The notes: generated by a model from the letters alone, not told the origin. Positions 17,024 to 25,589 are shown, numbered from the stretch's first letter. The stretch: DNA of 43,449 nt from Candidatus Dormiibacterota bacterium (GCA_003170875.1 PMYJ01000048.1:1-43449); one strand, 5' to 3'. Made by a program: numbers and translations.

Positions 17024-18130
17024 ATGGCGATACCGCTCCGTCAGACCGTCAAGGTGGGCGGCTACGTGATGCAGCAGCGGATGCGCAAGAACGAGAAATA
17101 CGCACTGGTGCTGCAGCTCGAGCCCCTCTACCAGTGCAACCTCGCCTGCGTCGGCTGCGGCAAGATCCAGCACCCCGACGACATCCTGGCGCGCCGGCTC
17201 ACCGTCGAGCAGGCAGTCGCCGCGGCCGAGGAGTGCGGGGCCCCGATGGTCTCCATCGCCGGCGGCGAGCCGCTCGTGCACAAGGAGATCCACAAGATCG
17301 TCGACGCGCTGGTGGCGCGCAAGCGCTTCGTCTACCTCTGTACCAACGCCCTGCTGCTCGAGAAGAAGCTCGACCTCTTCACCCCCTCCCCCTACTTCGC
17401 CTTCTCCATCCACATCGACGGGCTGCGCGAGCGCCACGACGCTTCGGTGAGCCGCCGCGGCACCTTCGACAAGGCGGTGGCAGCCGCGCGCGAGGCCAAG
17501 CGGCGCGGCTTCCGGGTCACCACCAACACCACCTTCTTCGACATGGACAGCGCCAAGTCCATCCGCGAGGTGCTCGACTTCCTGAACGACGACCTCCAGG
17601 TCGACAACATGCAGATCTCCCCGGGCTACGCCTACGAAAAGGCACCCGACCAGGACCACTGGCTGCAGGTCGAGAAGACCCACAACCTCTTCCGTGACGC
17701 CTTCGCCGGCGGCCGCCGCAAGAAGTGGCGACTCAACCATTCGCCGCTCTTCCTCGACTTCCTGGAGGGCAAGGTCGACTTCCAGTGCACGGCCTGGGGG
17801 ATCCCCTGCTACTCGGTCTTCGGCTGGCAGCGTCCCTGCTACCTGATGGCGGACGGCTACGTCTCGTCGTACCAGGAGCTGATCGAGACGACCGACTGGG
17901 ACAGCTACGGACGCGGCCGCGACCCGCGCTGCGCAAACTGCATGGCCCATTGCGGGTACGAGCCGACCGCGGTGGCAGCGACGTCGGCGTCGCTGCGGGA
18001 GGGGTTGCGCGCCGCCGGTGACACCCTGCGCGGGCAGGTCGCCAACATCAGCTGGAGGGGCCGCGTCGGTTCCGGGCCCCACCCCCCCGGAGGGACGGGG
18101 ACAACCGCAGAGGAGCGCCAGATCGCGTGA
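17024..18130 (+). CDS. hpnH: Adenosyl-hopene transferase HpnH (radical SAM)
   Basis: LVLQLEPLYQCNLACVGCGKIQHP radical-SAM cluster motif with the HpnH-typical N-terminus. A GGGAGGA SD sits upstream. Confidence 0.9.
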   Translation: MAIPLRQTVKVGGYVMQQRMRKNEKYALVLQLEPLYQCNLACVGCGKIQHPDDILARRLTVEQAVAAAEECGAPMVSIAGGEPLVHKEIHKIVDALVARKRFVYLCTNALLLEKKLDLFTPSPYFAFSIHIDGLRERHDASVSRRGTFDKAVAAAREAKRRGFRVTTNTTFFDMDSAKSIREVLDFLNDDLQVDNMQISPGYAYEKAPDQDHWLQVEKTHNLFRDAFAGGRRKKWRLNHSPLFLDFLEGKVDFQCTAWGIPCYSVFGWQRPCYLMADGYVSSYQELIETTDWDSYGRGRDPRCANCMAHCGYEPTAVAATSASLREGLRAAGDTLRGQVANISWRGRVGSGPHPPGGTGTTAEERQIA

Positions 18131-19104
18131 CGGATGAGGTCTTTCTGACCGGGGCCACGGGGTTCGTGGGCGGGCACGTGCTCGACTCTCTGCTCGCATC
18201 CGGGTACTCGGTGCGAGCGCTGGTGCGAGGCTCGCCGTCACGGCTCCGGCACCGACCCGGCCTCACCGTGGTGAGCGGGGACGTCCGCGACGGCGGCGCG
18301 CTGGTGCCCTCGATGCGGGGCTGCCGGCTGCTCGTGCACGTCGCTGCGGGCTATTCCTTCGCCCCGCGAGACCGCCGGGAGCTGGAGCAGGTCAACGTGG
18401 CCGGCACCCGCAGCCTGCTCGAGGCGGCTCGCCTCGCCGGGGTCGAGAAGGCGGTCGTCACCTCCAGCTCGGCAGCGGTGGGACCGCTGCGCGGGGGACG
18501 GCTCGCCACCGAGAACGACTGGGCCGAGACCCACGCCGGCCCCGGGTATCACTCGTCCAAGGTGCGCCAGGAGCGCGTGGCCCTCCGGGCCAATCTCCCG
18601 GTGGTGACGGTGCTGCCGACCGCGCCCATCGGGCCGCGCGACGCGCGTCCGACCCCGACCGGTCAGATGGTCGTCGATGTCATGCGCAACCGCATCCCCG
18701 CGTACCTCGACGGGGGGATGAACCTGGTGGCGGTCGAGGACGTCGGGCGGGCCCACGTGCTCGCCCTGGAGCACGGCCGCCCCGGGGAGCGCTACCTGGT
18801 GGGAGGCATCAACCTGAGCCTCGGCGAGGTCCTGGAGCTCCTTGCCCGCCATGCGGGCACGCGTCCGCCCCAGTGGCGAATGCCCTACCCCGTCGCGTAC
18901 GCAGCCGGCCTCGTGGACGAGGCCCGCTGCCGGCTCTGGCCCCACGCGCAGCCGCGCGTGCCCCTGGAGGGGGTGCGGATGGGGCGGCTACGGATGATGG
19001 TCCGCATCGACAAGGCGAAGGAGGAGCTGGGCTACCGGCCCACCTCGGTGGAGGACGCCGCCGGCCGGGCGGTTGCCTGGTATCGCGACCACGGCTACGC
19101 CTGA
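18127..19104 (+). CDS. hpnA: Hopanoid-associated NAD-dependent sugar epimerase/dehydratase HpnA
   Basis: Rossmann motif FLTGATGFVGGHV, an SDR-extended fold with YHSSK, and a GTGA overlap with hpnH. Confidence 0.8.
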   Translation: MTDEVFLTGATGFVGGHVLDSLLASGYSVRALVRGSPSRLRHRPGLTVVSGDVRDGGALVPSMRGCRLLVHVAAGYSFAPRDRRELEQVNVAGTRSLLEAARLAGVEKAVVTSSSAAVGPLRGGRLATENDWAETHAGPGYHSSKVRQERVALRANLPVVTVLPTAPIGPRDARPTPTGQMVVDVMRNRIPAYLDGGMNLVAVEDVGRAHVLALEHGRPGERYLVGGINLSLGEVLELLARHAGTRPPQWRMPYPVAYAAGLVDEARCRLWPHAQPRVPLEGVRMGRLRMMVRIDKAKEELGYRPTSVEDAAGRAVAWYRDHGYA

Positions 19105-19131
19105 CCAGGGGGTGCCCAGGACACCCCCTGG
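19105..19131 (+). promoter_or_regulatory. Perfect 10-bp-stem hairpin in the hpnA-hpnG spacer
   Basis: ccagggggtg (19105-19114), loop cccagga, caccccctgg (19122-19131). It starts 1 nt after the hpnA stop and is followed by gatttcc. Confidence 0.6.
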
Positions 19132-19148
19132 GATTTCCGTGGACCCCC

Positions 19149-19817
19149 ATGGCTGACTCTTCTGGCCAGGACGTGGTGGTGCTGGCGGCATTGGGCATGG
19201 AGTGGCGGGCGATCCGGCACGCCCTCTCGGCCAGCGGAAACCCAGCTCAGGTGGCGCGCTGCGGGATCGCCCTGCGGCACTGGTCGCCACCGCCACCGCC
19301 GCGTCCAGTGTTCATCACCTGCGGGCTGGCCGGCGGCCTCCGATCCGACCTGCCACCCGGCACGGTCGTGGTGGCCGGCTCGGTGGCGATGGAGGACGGT
19401 GAGCCGGTGGCATGCGATCCGACATGGATCGCGGCGCTGGTGGCCGGGGCCCGGGCCTGCGGCCACGAGCCGGTCGTGGGGCCGGTGCTGACGGCGCGCC
19501 AGCTGGTGGTCGGCGATGCCCGCGGGGCCTGGGCGGCGAAGGGCTTCGTGGCGGTGGAGATGGAGACGGCGCTGCTCGTCCCCACCAGTGCACCGCTCGC
19601 GAGCCTCCGGGTCATCATCGACGCCCCCGCGGCAGAGGTGTCCGAGCACTGGGTATCGCCGGGACGCACCGCCCTCGACCCGCGGCGCTGGTGCGAGGCG
19701 ATGTGGCTGGCCGCGCGGGCCCCCAGGTACACACGCCTGGCGGCCCGATGCCTGGCCGCGGGACTGGAGGCTGCGGCCGATAGGGGCGACGCACCGGCAC
19801 CGCGCCACCTCCCCTGA
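19149..19817 (+). CDS. hpnG: Hopanoid-associated phosphorylase HpnG (PNP/MTAN fold, adenosylhopane nucleosidase)
   Basis: MADSSGQDVVVLAALGMEWRAI, CGLAGGL and VAVEMETA motifs of the PNP_UDP_1 fold, plus the position after hpnA. The start was chosen at ATG 19149, the first in-frame ATG downstream of the hpnA stop within the longer track ORF. Confidence 0.75.
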   Translation: MADSSGQDVVVLAALGMEWRAIRHALSASGNPAQVARCGIALRHWSPPPPPRPVFITCGLAGGLRSDLPPGTVVVAGSVAMEDGEPVACDPTWIAALVAGARACGHEPVVGPVLTARQLVVGDARGAWAAKGFVAVEMETALLVPTSAPLASLRVIIDAPAAEVSEHWVSPGRTALDPRRWCEAMWLAARAPRYTRLAARCLAAGLEAAADRGDAPAPRHLP

Positions 19818-19867
19818 TCCAGCCCGCCGCCAGGGCCACCGTATCAACACGGACGCCTCAAGGACCC

Positions 19868-20395
19868 TCAGGAGCCCTCGGGACCTCTTGCCGCCCCGAC
19901 GACCCGGGCAACCACCCCCTCCAGCGAGACGTCGACGCCCAGGTAGAGGCGCAGTGCCGCCTGGAGCAGGGAGGTGACGCTGGGCAGACCGGCGTACTCG
20001 GAGAGGCTCATCAGCGCCTCCCGCTGGCGGTGCAGCGCCTCCTGGGTCAGGCGGATGCCGCGGGGCGTCGAGTGGATGCGGACCACCCGCCGGTCGGGCG
20101 TGGACCTGACGGTCCTGATCAGGCCCCGCTCGGCCATGTCGCGTACCAGCGTCGAGGCACGGGCGTCGGGGCACTGGAGCAGGTCGGCCAGATCGCCCTG
20201 GACCAGCCCGTCAGGCCCGCCGGCACCGACCTCCAGGAGCAGGTGGTACGAGAGCGCGCTGAGGTCGTACTCGGCGAGCGAATGTGCCATCAGAAGCTGG
20301 GCGTGCCGGAAGCCGCGACGGAGGTCCGCGGCCAGCCGCATCTCCTCGAGGCGCCGGTCCGCGGCGCCGTGACCCACCGCGAGAGCCGCGCTCAC
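19868..20395 (-). CDS. MarR family transcriptional regulator
   Basis: LSYHLLLEVGAGGPDGLVQGDLADLLQCPDARASTLVRDMAERGLIRTVRSTPDRRVVRIHSTPRG, with a GTG start. Confidence 0.85.
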   Translation of the reverse strand: MSAALAVGHGAADRRLEEMRLAADLRRGFRHAQLLMAHSLAEYDLSALSYHLLLEVGAGGPDGLVQGDLADLLQCPDARASTLVRDMAERGLIRTVRSTPDRRVVRIHSTPRGIRLTQEALHRQREALMSLSEYAGLPSVTSLLQAALRLYLGVDVSLEGVVARVVGAARGPEGS

Positions 20396-20437
20396 AATGG
20401 ATCTACTCTAGCGCGGAGGTGGCACAGGTTTTCGAGG

Positions 20438-21943
20438 TCATCCCGCCGACAGCTCGACCTGGCACGCCTCTCCGGCGGGAACGGTGAGAGAGAGGCGGGA
20501 CGAGGACGGATCCCACGTCCACTGCGCGCCGCAGCTGTCGCTCACCTGAGGGCTCCCCAGGGTGTAGTCCGACCAGGCGACCTCGGCGGCGGGAGGGCCA
20601 TGGGCGGCCGCGACGGTGATGCGCAGCCGCCCGTCCACACCGTCGGCCTGGCTCGCCGCGTACCCGCTCGGGGCGGCGACGAGGTAGGGCTGGGCCAGCT
20701 CGCGGAGCAGGGCCACGTTGAGGCTGTCGCCGTCCGGGGACCGCACGCTCCAGGTCCCCTCCGCCCTCCACTGCCACCACGCCCAGCCGGAGTTGTGGGC
20801 TGCGAAGGCGTCCAGGGCGTCGGCGATCCACTGGCTCGAATGCGGATCGTCCGTGTTGATGCCGAACTCGCCGACCCACATCGCGGCCGGAAGCTGGCTC
20901 GCCTCATGGGCCAGCTCGTCGACATGGGTGTCCAGGTTCTGCGGATCACCGGTGAAGGAGGGAGGGAAGAGGACCCCGGTGTAGACGTGCGGCGCGTAGA
21001 CGAGATCAGGGGCCGAGATCGGGACGACGCTAGTGGGGAAGTCACCGAGGGCGTCGTTCTCGAGCAGGAAGAGATGGTTGGGATCGACATTCCCGATGGC
21101 GGTGATGGCGCGCGCGTAGAAGGGGAAGAGGTCGTCCTTGTCGAAGCGCAGCGGCGGCAGCGGGAACGCGTGGGGCTCATTGATGATGTCGTAGCCGGCG
21201 ACCCCGCTGTCGTCGTGGAAGCGCTCGGCGACGAACTGCCAGGTGCGCAGGTACTGCGTCTGCCAGTCGGAGGTCAGCCAGAAGTAGGCCGTCGACGCGT
21301 TGATCGCGGGCGAAAGCAGGCGCGTCACCGATGGCATAGGGCCCCACCGGACGTCGGGCACCCAGGAGAGCGTCGCCCAGCCCGGCGCTCCCGAGCCTCC
21401 GTACACCGGGCTCCAGCCCAGGAAGTGCATGTCGAGCACGACGTAGAGGTGATGCGCATTCAGCATCGCGACCGTGCTCGCGATCCGATCCAGGTAGGCG
21501 GTGCTGAACTGGCCGCGCTCGGGCTCGAGCAGCGACCAGGCGATCGGCAGCCGCACCACGTCAAAGCCCGACTCCTCCATGAGCGAAGCGTCGGTGGCGT
21601 CGAGCGGGGCGGGCTTCATCGTCGACTCGAGCAGTGCGTCGTCGTCGAATCCGTGGAGGAGGACGCTGCGCCCCGACTGGTCGACCATCCGGTCGTCCGC
21701 CGTGGACAGCCAGGGAAGCCCCGGCTGCGCCGCCGACCGCGAGCCGGCAGCGGGCACGCCCGCGGTCAGTGCCGGCACCGGAAGGAGCAGCCAGGCCACC
21801 ACGGCGATCACCACGAGCGATGCGAGCAGACGCAGTCGAGGGGCTCCGCCTCGCTCGGTCGTCCGGGTCACCCGGCGCCGACCCCATGCAGAGGATGGCC
21901 GCTGCCAGCGCACGAGCCGCACACTCTCACCGCTGCCGCTCAT
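20438..21943 (-). CDS. Secreted or anchored glycoside hydrolase family 5 (cellulase-like)
   Basis: N-terminal TM/signal LLASLVVIAVVAWLLL. The acid/base motif is IINEPH and the nucleophile motif is WVGEFG. The exact start is uncertain. Confidence 0.8.
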   Translation of the reverse strand: MSGSGESVRLVRWQRPSSAWGRRRVTRTTERGGAPRLRLLASLVVIAVVAWLLLPVPALTAGVPAAGSRSAAQPGLPWLSTADDRMVDQSGRSVLLHGFDDDALLESTMKPAPLDATDASLMEESGFDVVRLPIAWSLLEPERGQFSTAYLDRIASTVAMLNAHHLYVVLDMHFLGWSPVYGGSGAPGWATLSWVPDVRWGPMPSVTRLLSPAINASTAYFWLTSDWQTQYLRTWQFVAERFHDDSGVAGYDIINEPHAFPLPPLRFDKDDLFPFYARAITAIGNVDPNHLFLLENDALGDFPTSVVPISAPDLVYAPHVYTGVLFPPSFTGDPQNLDTHVDELAHEASQLPAAMWVGEFGINTDDPHSSQWIADALDAFAAHNSGWAWWQWRAEGTWSVRSPDGDSLNVALLRELAQPYLVAAPSGYAASQADGVDGRLRITVAAAHGPPAAEVAWSDYTLGSPQVSDSCGAQWTWDPSSSRLSLTVPAGEACQVELSAG

Positions 21944-22255
21944 CCGCTCGGTCCCCGCCTCCTATGCGGCATCCAGCGACCCGCCCTGCCGTCGCTGCGG
22001 TGCCACCTCCCGCTCATTCAGCGCGATGCGAGGGTGCCCCATCCGCTGCTCAGTGCGCGCCTTCCTGAACATGCTCCGGCGCAGCGATGCTACTCGGTCG
22101 GTCCGGCACGGCACGGACGGTGATCGGTCCGACGTCACCTGGCCGGGGTGCGGGGCCGCGGGACGGGGCACTGGTGCGGGGCTCCCGGCGGCGAGGCAGG
22201 CCGCACCGCCGCCGGGAGTAGAGAGGGGTCGCACCACCCTTGCAGAAGGTGGTTG

Positions 22256-22268
22256 ATTGTACCACAAT
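22256..22268. promoter_or_regulatory. GntR-type operator-like palindrome
   Basis: ATTGT acc ACAAT has perfect inverted arms (core GT-N-AC) and ends 9 nt upstream of the proposed gntR GTG, in the GH5/gntR divergent region. Confidence 0.5.
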
Positions 22269-22276
22269 ACAACACC

Positions 22277-22966
22277 GTGGCCACGGTTCTCCGCCGCTTG
22301 GGGACGGTCTCGACCGTCCAGGCCCTCGAGGAGGACTTGGAACGGCGAACGCTCGACGGCGAGTTCCAGCCGGGTGCGCACCTGCGCGAGATCGAGCTGG
22401 CTCGGCAGTACGACGTCGGGCGCAACACCCTGCGGGCTGCCTTCGACGGGCTGGCCCGGCGCGGGCTACTGGTCAAGTCCCGCAACCGCGGCGTCTTTGT
22501 CCGGGTGCTGACGCGCCGGGACCTCGTCGAGGTCTACGAGCTGAGATCGGCGATCGAGATCCAGGCGGGTCGCAGCCTGGCGGCTCGGCGCTCCGTCCCC
22601 GACGCGGCACGGCGGGCGCTGGCAGCGGAACGACAGCTGACCGGCGACTCCCCCCGGCGTGACCTGGTGGAGGCCGACCTCGCCTTTCACCGGGCCATCG
22701 TCGACGGCGCGGGCAACGGCCGGCTCTCCGCCGTGCACCGCGACATCGCCGCAGAGATCCGGCTGTCCCTCGCCCAGCTCATGGAGACCGAATACGCGAC
22801 CGTCGACGACCTGACGGCCGAGCACGCCGACGTACTCCAGGCAGTCGAGTCCGGGGAACCCGGCAGCGCCGAGGCGGTTATCCGCCGGCACCTGGAGGCG
22901 GCCACCGCGTGGCTGGTCAGCCACGGCACTCCCCCGAGCGAGGAGCAGCCCCGACCAGAAGCCTGA
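22277..22966 (+). CDS. GntR family transcriptional regulator (FadR/FCD subfamily)
   Basis: wHTH segment LREIELARQYDVGRNTLRAAFDGLARRGLLVKSRNRGVFV with an FCD-like helical C-terminus (DLAFHRAIV). The start is placed at GTG 22277. The track ORF from 22148 is Arg/Gly-rich and probably over-extended. Confidence 0.8.
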   Translation: MATVLRRLGTVSTVQALEEDLERRTLDGEFQPGAHLREIELARQYDVGRNTLRAAFDGLARRGLLVKSRNRGVFVRVLTRRDLVEVYELRSAIEIQAGRSLAARRSVPDAARRALAAERQLTGDSPRRDLVEADLAFHRAIVDGAGNGRLSAVHRDIAAEIRLSLAQLMETEYATVDDLTAEHADVLQAVESGEPGSAEAVIRRHLEAATAWLVSHGTPPSEEQPRPEA

Positions 22967-23051
22967 TCGGAGCTGCCGCCCTCTCTCGCGAAGGGTGCGG
23001 GGCGAGCCCTCGACGCGTGAGCGCCAGTGAGCCCTCCCGATGGGTTCGGTG

Positions 23052-23294
23052 CTAGGCGGCCCTGCGAATGGCAGCGATCGAACGCGAGGCCCTCTCCCGC
23101 AGCGCGGCGACCGCGCGGACGATGGGGCGCCCGGTCAGTTCCACGCCCTGGTCCCCGCGGCAGACGGGGCAGACGCCCTCATTCACGCCAAAGCCGTCGC
23201 GCACCTCGATGATCGAGCCGCAGGCCCGGCACGCACGCCCCGAGCTGACGGCCCAGGGAGCCCCATGGAGCTCACCAAAGATATTCGTACTCAC
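23052..23294 (-). CDS. Small zinc-ribbon protein (80 aa), function unknown
   Basis: CRACG...16 residues...CPVCRG forms a four-Cys ribbon. The GTG at 23294 is preceded by GGAGGG 7 nt upstream (ggatggagggaacgacGTG). Confidence 0.6.
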   Translation of the reverse strand: MSTNIFGELHGAPWAVSSGRACRACGSIIEVRDGFGVNEGVCPVCRGDQGVELTGRPIVRAVAALRERASRSIAAIRRAA

Positions 23295-23531
23295 GTCGTT
23301 CCCTCCATCCGGAGTTGTTACCGTGTTGAATTGTAGCACAAGTGGTTTGGGACCATCAACCCAGCCCCCGGCGGGACCTTGTACCCTGATCGCGCCGGGA
23401 GGCACAGCCCAAGCCTCACCGCCACCGAGCACGACCATCACAACCTGTGTGGGCGGTCACCTCAAGGGGAGGGGGCGGAGCCGCGCCGGCGGGCTGTCCT
23501 CCGCCCGGGGGCGGGTAACGTATAGGCAGCT

Positions 23532-24074
23532 GTGACAGAGGTGGCAGACCCCGGCGTCCCCAGGATCGCCCGGACGCTCAACGGATGGATGGGGACCAGC
23601 CCGGGGCCGGCCTTCGTTCCCCGGATGCACCGCTGGCTGTACCAGCGCACCGACGGGCGGCTGGGGCACGGGATCATCGGAGTGCCCTCCCTCCTCCTCC
23701 ACACCACCGGGCGCCGCAGCGGTCTCCGGCGCACCGCCGCGCTCGTCTATGGCCGAGACGCCAGGTCCCGTGTGGTGGCCGCGTCCAACTACGGCGGGGA
23801 TCACGACCCCGCCTGGCTCGACAACATCAGGGCGAATTCCCGGGTGCAGCTGCAGGTCGCCCGCCGGCACGTGGAGGCCGAGGCGCGGATCGTCCTGCCG
23901 GGCGATCCCGACTACGCGCGCCTCCTGGCGATCATGAATGAGGTTAACCGCAATCGGTACGACCTCTACCGCACCAAGACCACGAGGCCGATCCCTTTCG
24001 TGGTGATGAACGCGACAGAGGCGGGAGCGGAGAAGGACGGCGTCAGCGCTTCCGGGCGAGCTGGGGCGCGTTGA
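23532..24074 (+). CDS. Deazaflavin (F420)-dependent nitroreductase-family oxidoreductase (DDN/PNPOx-like)
   Basis: LLLHTTGRRSGLRRTAALVYGRD, VVAASNYGGDHDPAWLDNIRANSRVQLQV and RPIPFVVM are typical of this family. The start is GTG 23532 or ATG 23589. Confidence 0.8.
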   Translation: MTEVADPGVPRIARTLNGWMGTSPGPAFVPRMHRWLYQRTDGRLGHGIIGVPSLLLHTTGRRSGLRRTAALVYGRDARSRVVAASNYGGDHDPAWLDNIRANSRVQLQVARRHVEAEARIVLPGDPDYARLLAIMNEVNRNRYDLYRTKTTRPIPFVVMNATEAGAEKDGVSASGRAGAR

Positions 24075-24396
24075 CGTAATCGGTGAAGCCCAGCACGTTT
24101 CCCCAGGGGTCGTGGGTCTCGACCACCCATCCCGTGGTGATCTCACGCGCGGGCGCACCGAGGTACCGGGCCGCCTCCCGGGCGTCGGTCACCTCGAGCC
24201 AGGTGCGCGGTGCCACCAGATCCTGGCGCGCGATCACCAGGCCGGGCTCCTCGGAGCCGAGCCGATAGAGGATCATGCCGGAGTCCGCACTCTCGAACTT
24301 GGCGGAGAGGCCGAGGAAGCCTCCGTAGAAGTCCCTGGCTTGCTGCAGGTCGTCCACCGCGTGCAGCAGGTTGTCGACTCCGAGCACCTCGATCAT
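24043..24396 (-). CDS. VOC (glyoxalase/bleomycin-resistance/dioxygenase) family protein
   Basis: MIEVLGVDNLLHAVDDLQQARDFYGGFLGLS. ATGA overlap with the upstream TfoX_C gene. Its 3' end overlaps the convergent oxidoreductase gene by 32 nt. Confidence 0.8.
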   Translation of the reverse strand: MIEVLGVDNLLHAVDDLQQARDFYGGFLGLSAKFESADSGMILYRLGSEEPGLVIARQDLVAPRTWLEVTDAREAARYLGAPAREITTGWVVETHDPWGNVLGFTDYVNAPQLARKR

Positions 24397-24659
24397 GGCC
24401 TCCTCCTTCTTGAGTGTGCGTAGGCGGCGATCTCCTCTCGCTCGACCTCCGGGATCGTCACCCAGCGCACCCCGCGCACGGCGCCCTCCAGGGCGAGCAG
24501 CGAGCTCGCGCAGTCGCGATCAGGGTTGATCCGCTGGATCCGTCCCCACGCCGCCCGAGCTCCTACCCTGTGAAGGTCATCGGCGGTCGCGATGCCCGCC
24601 CGGTGCAGCTCGCCAGCCAGGACCTCGCCTATGTTCACCGTGTCCTCCAGCCGCGCCAT
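24393..24659 (-). CDS. TfoX C-terminal-domain protein
   Basis: NIGEVLAGELHRAGIATADDLHRVGARAAWGRI...CASSLLALEGAVRGVRW. ATG 24659-24657 overlaps the TGA of the MarR fragment (ATGA). The track start at 24671 is also possible. Confidence 0.75.
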   Translation of the reverse strand: MARLEDTVNIGEVLAGELHRAGIATADDLHRVGARAAWGRIQRINPDRDCASSLLALEGAVRGVRWVTIPEVEREEIAAYAHSRRRRP

Positions 24660-24862
24660 CAGCTCGCCCACTCCTCGAGGCCGAAGAGGGTGACCGCGTC
24701 CGTGAAGGCGTCGGCCAGCGCCCTCAAACGGGCGGGCGGAACAGCGGCGCTGCGCAACCGGACCGGTCCGGCGAGCGGGGCCCGCTCCAACGTTCGCGCA
24801 CCGAGGGGGGTGAGAGCGACCTCCCGCCGGCGGCGATCGCCGGCGCTCGCAGTACGGACCAC
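24659..24862 (-). pseudogene. 3' fragment of a MarR-family regulator gene (N-terminal half missing)
   Basis: Only the wing and C-terminal helix remain: (RRGL)VVRTASAGDRRRREVALTPLGARTLE.... There is no HTH upstream, and the frame runs straight into the ATPase fragment. Confidence 0.65.
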
Positions 24863-24870
24863 GAGTCCGC

Positions 24871-25356
24871 GGCGACAGCGCGGAGACGGCGGCGGCGATC
24901 GCCCGCGCGACCGGGATCGGCGAATGGCGGGCGGGGCTCCGGCCCGAGGAGAAGGCGGCGCTCGTCGGCGAGCTGCGTCAGCGCGGGGTCACGGTGGCGA
25001 TGGTGGGCGACGGCGTCAACGACGCCCCCGCGCTGGCCGCCGACGACGTGGGCATCGCGCTCGGCAGTGGCACCGGGGCGGCGATGGCTGCCGCCTCGAT
25101 CACGCTGGTGCACGGCGACGTCGGCCGCGTCGGCGACGCCATCTCCCTCAGCCGGGCCACCCTCCGCGTCATCCGCCAGAACCCCGCCTGGGCCTTCGGA
25201 TACAACCTGGTCGTGGTCCCCCTCGCCATGCTCGACGTCATCCCGCCCGCGCTGGCTGCGCTGGCCGTGGCCTGCAGCTCGGTGACAGTGGTCGGCAACG
25301 CCCTGAGACTGCGCCGCTGGCGTCCAGAGACGGCGCCGGAGGCGGGCCACAAGTGA
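24871..25356 (+). pseudogene. 3' fragment of a heavy-metal P-type ATPase gene (about the last 160 codons)
   Basis: Reading frame 1 from 24871 gives [65 protein letters not shown]... plus the last two TM helices. The phosphorylation, actuator and metal-binding domains are absent. Confidence 0.75.
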
Positions 25357-25589
25357 CCCGAGTCACCCCGGATCCGCATCGCCTGACGCCCCTGACAGGG
25401 TACTGACGACCGCCCCTAGCAAGAGGGCACTCGGTCGCGTCACACTTCCGCGCAAGCAGGGAGGACAGGAGGCTGGAGGCCCTCTCCGCGCGCGTCATCA
25501 CGGCTCGACAGCACGCGTCAACCATCTCATGGGGAGGCTCAGCCAGTGGCCATCCAACCTGCCGCACCCGTCGCACCGGTGACCCGATC

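Noticed and set aside
16322-18241. 639-aa minus-strand ORF opposite the SRPBCC gene and hpnH
   Set aside because: It is a shadow ORF of the strongly supported plus-strand genes and has no recognisable domains.
20030-22123. 697-aa plus-strand ORF opposite the MarR and GH5 genes
   Set aside because: It is a shadow ORF with a low-complexity translation. The minus strand carries the GH5 catalytic motifs.
25381-25589. TPP or another known riboswitch upstream of the NCS1 permease
   Set aside because: I could not find the CUGAGA / ACCUGAUCUGGAUAAUGCCAGCG-type core or any other riboswitch signature I recognise. Only short repeated half-sites are present.
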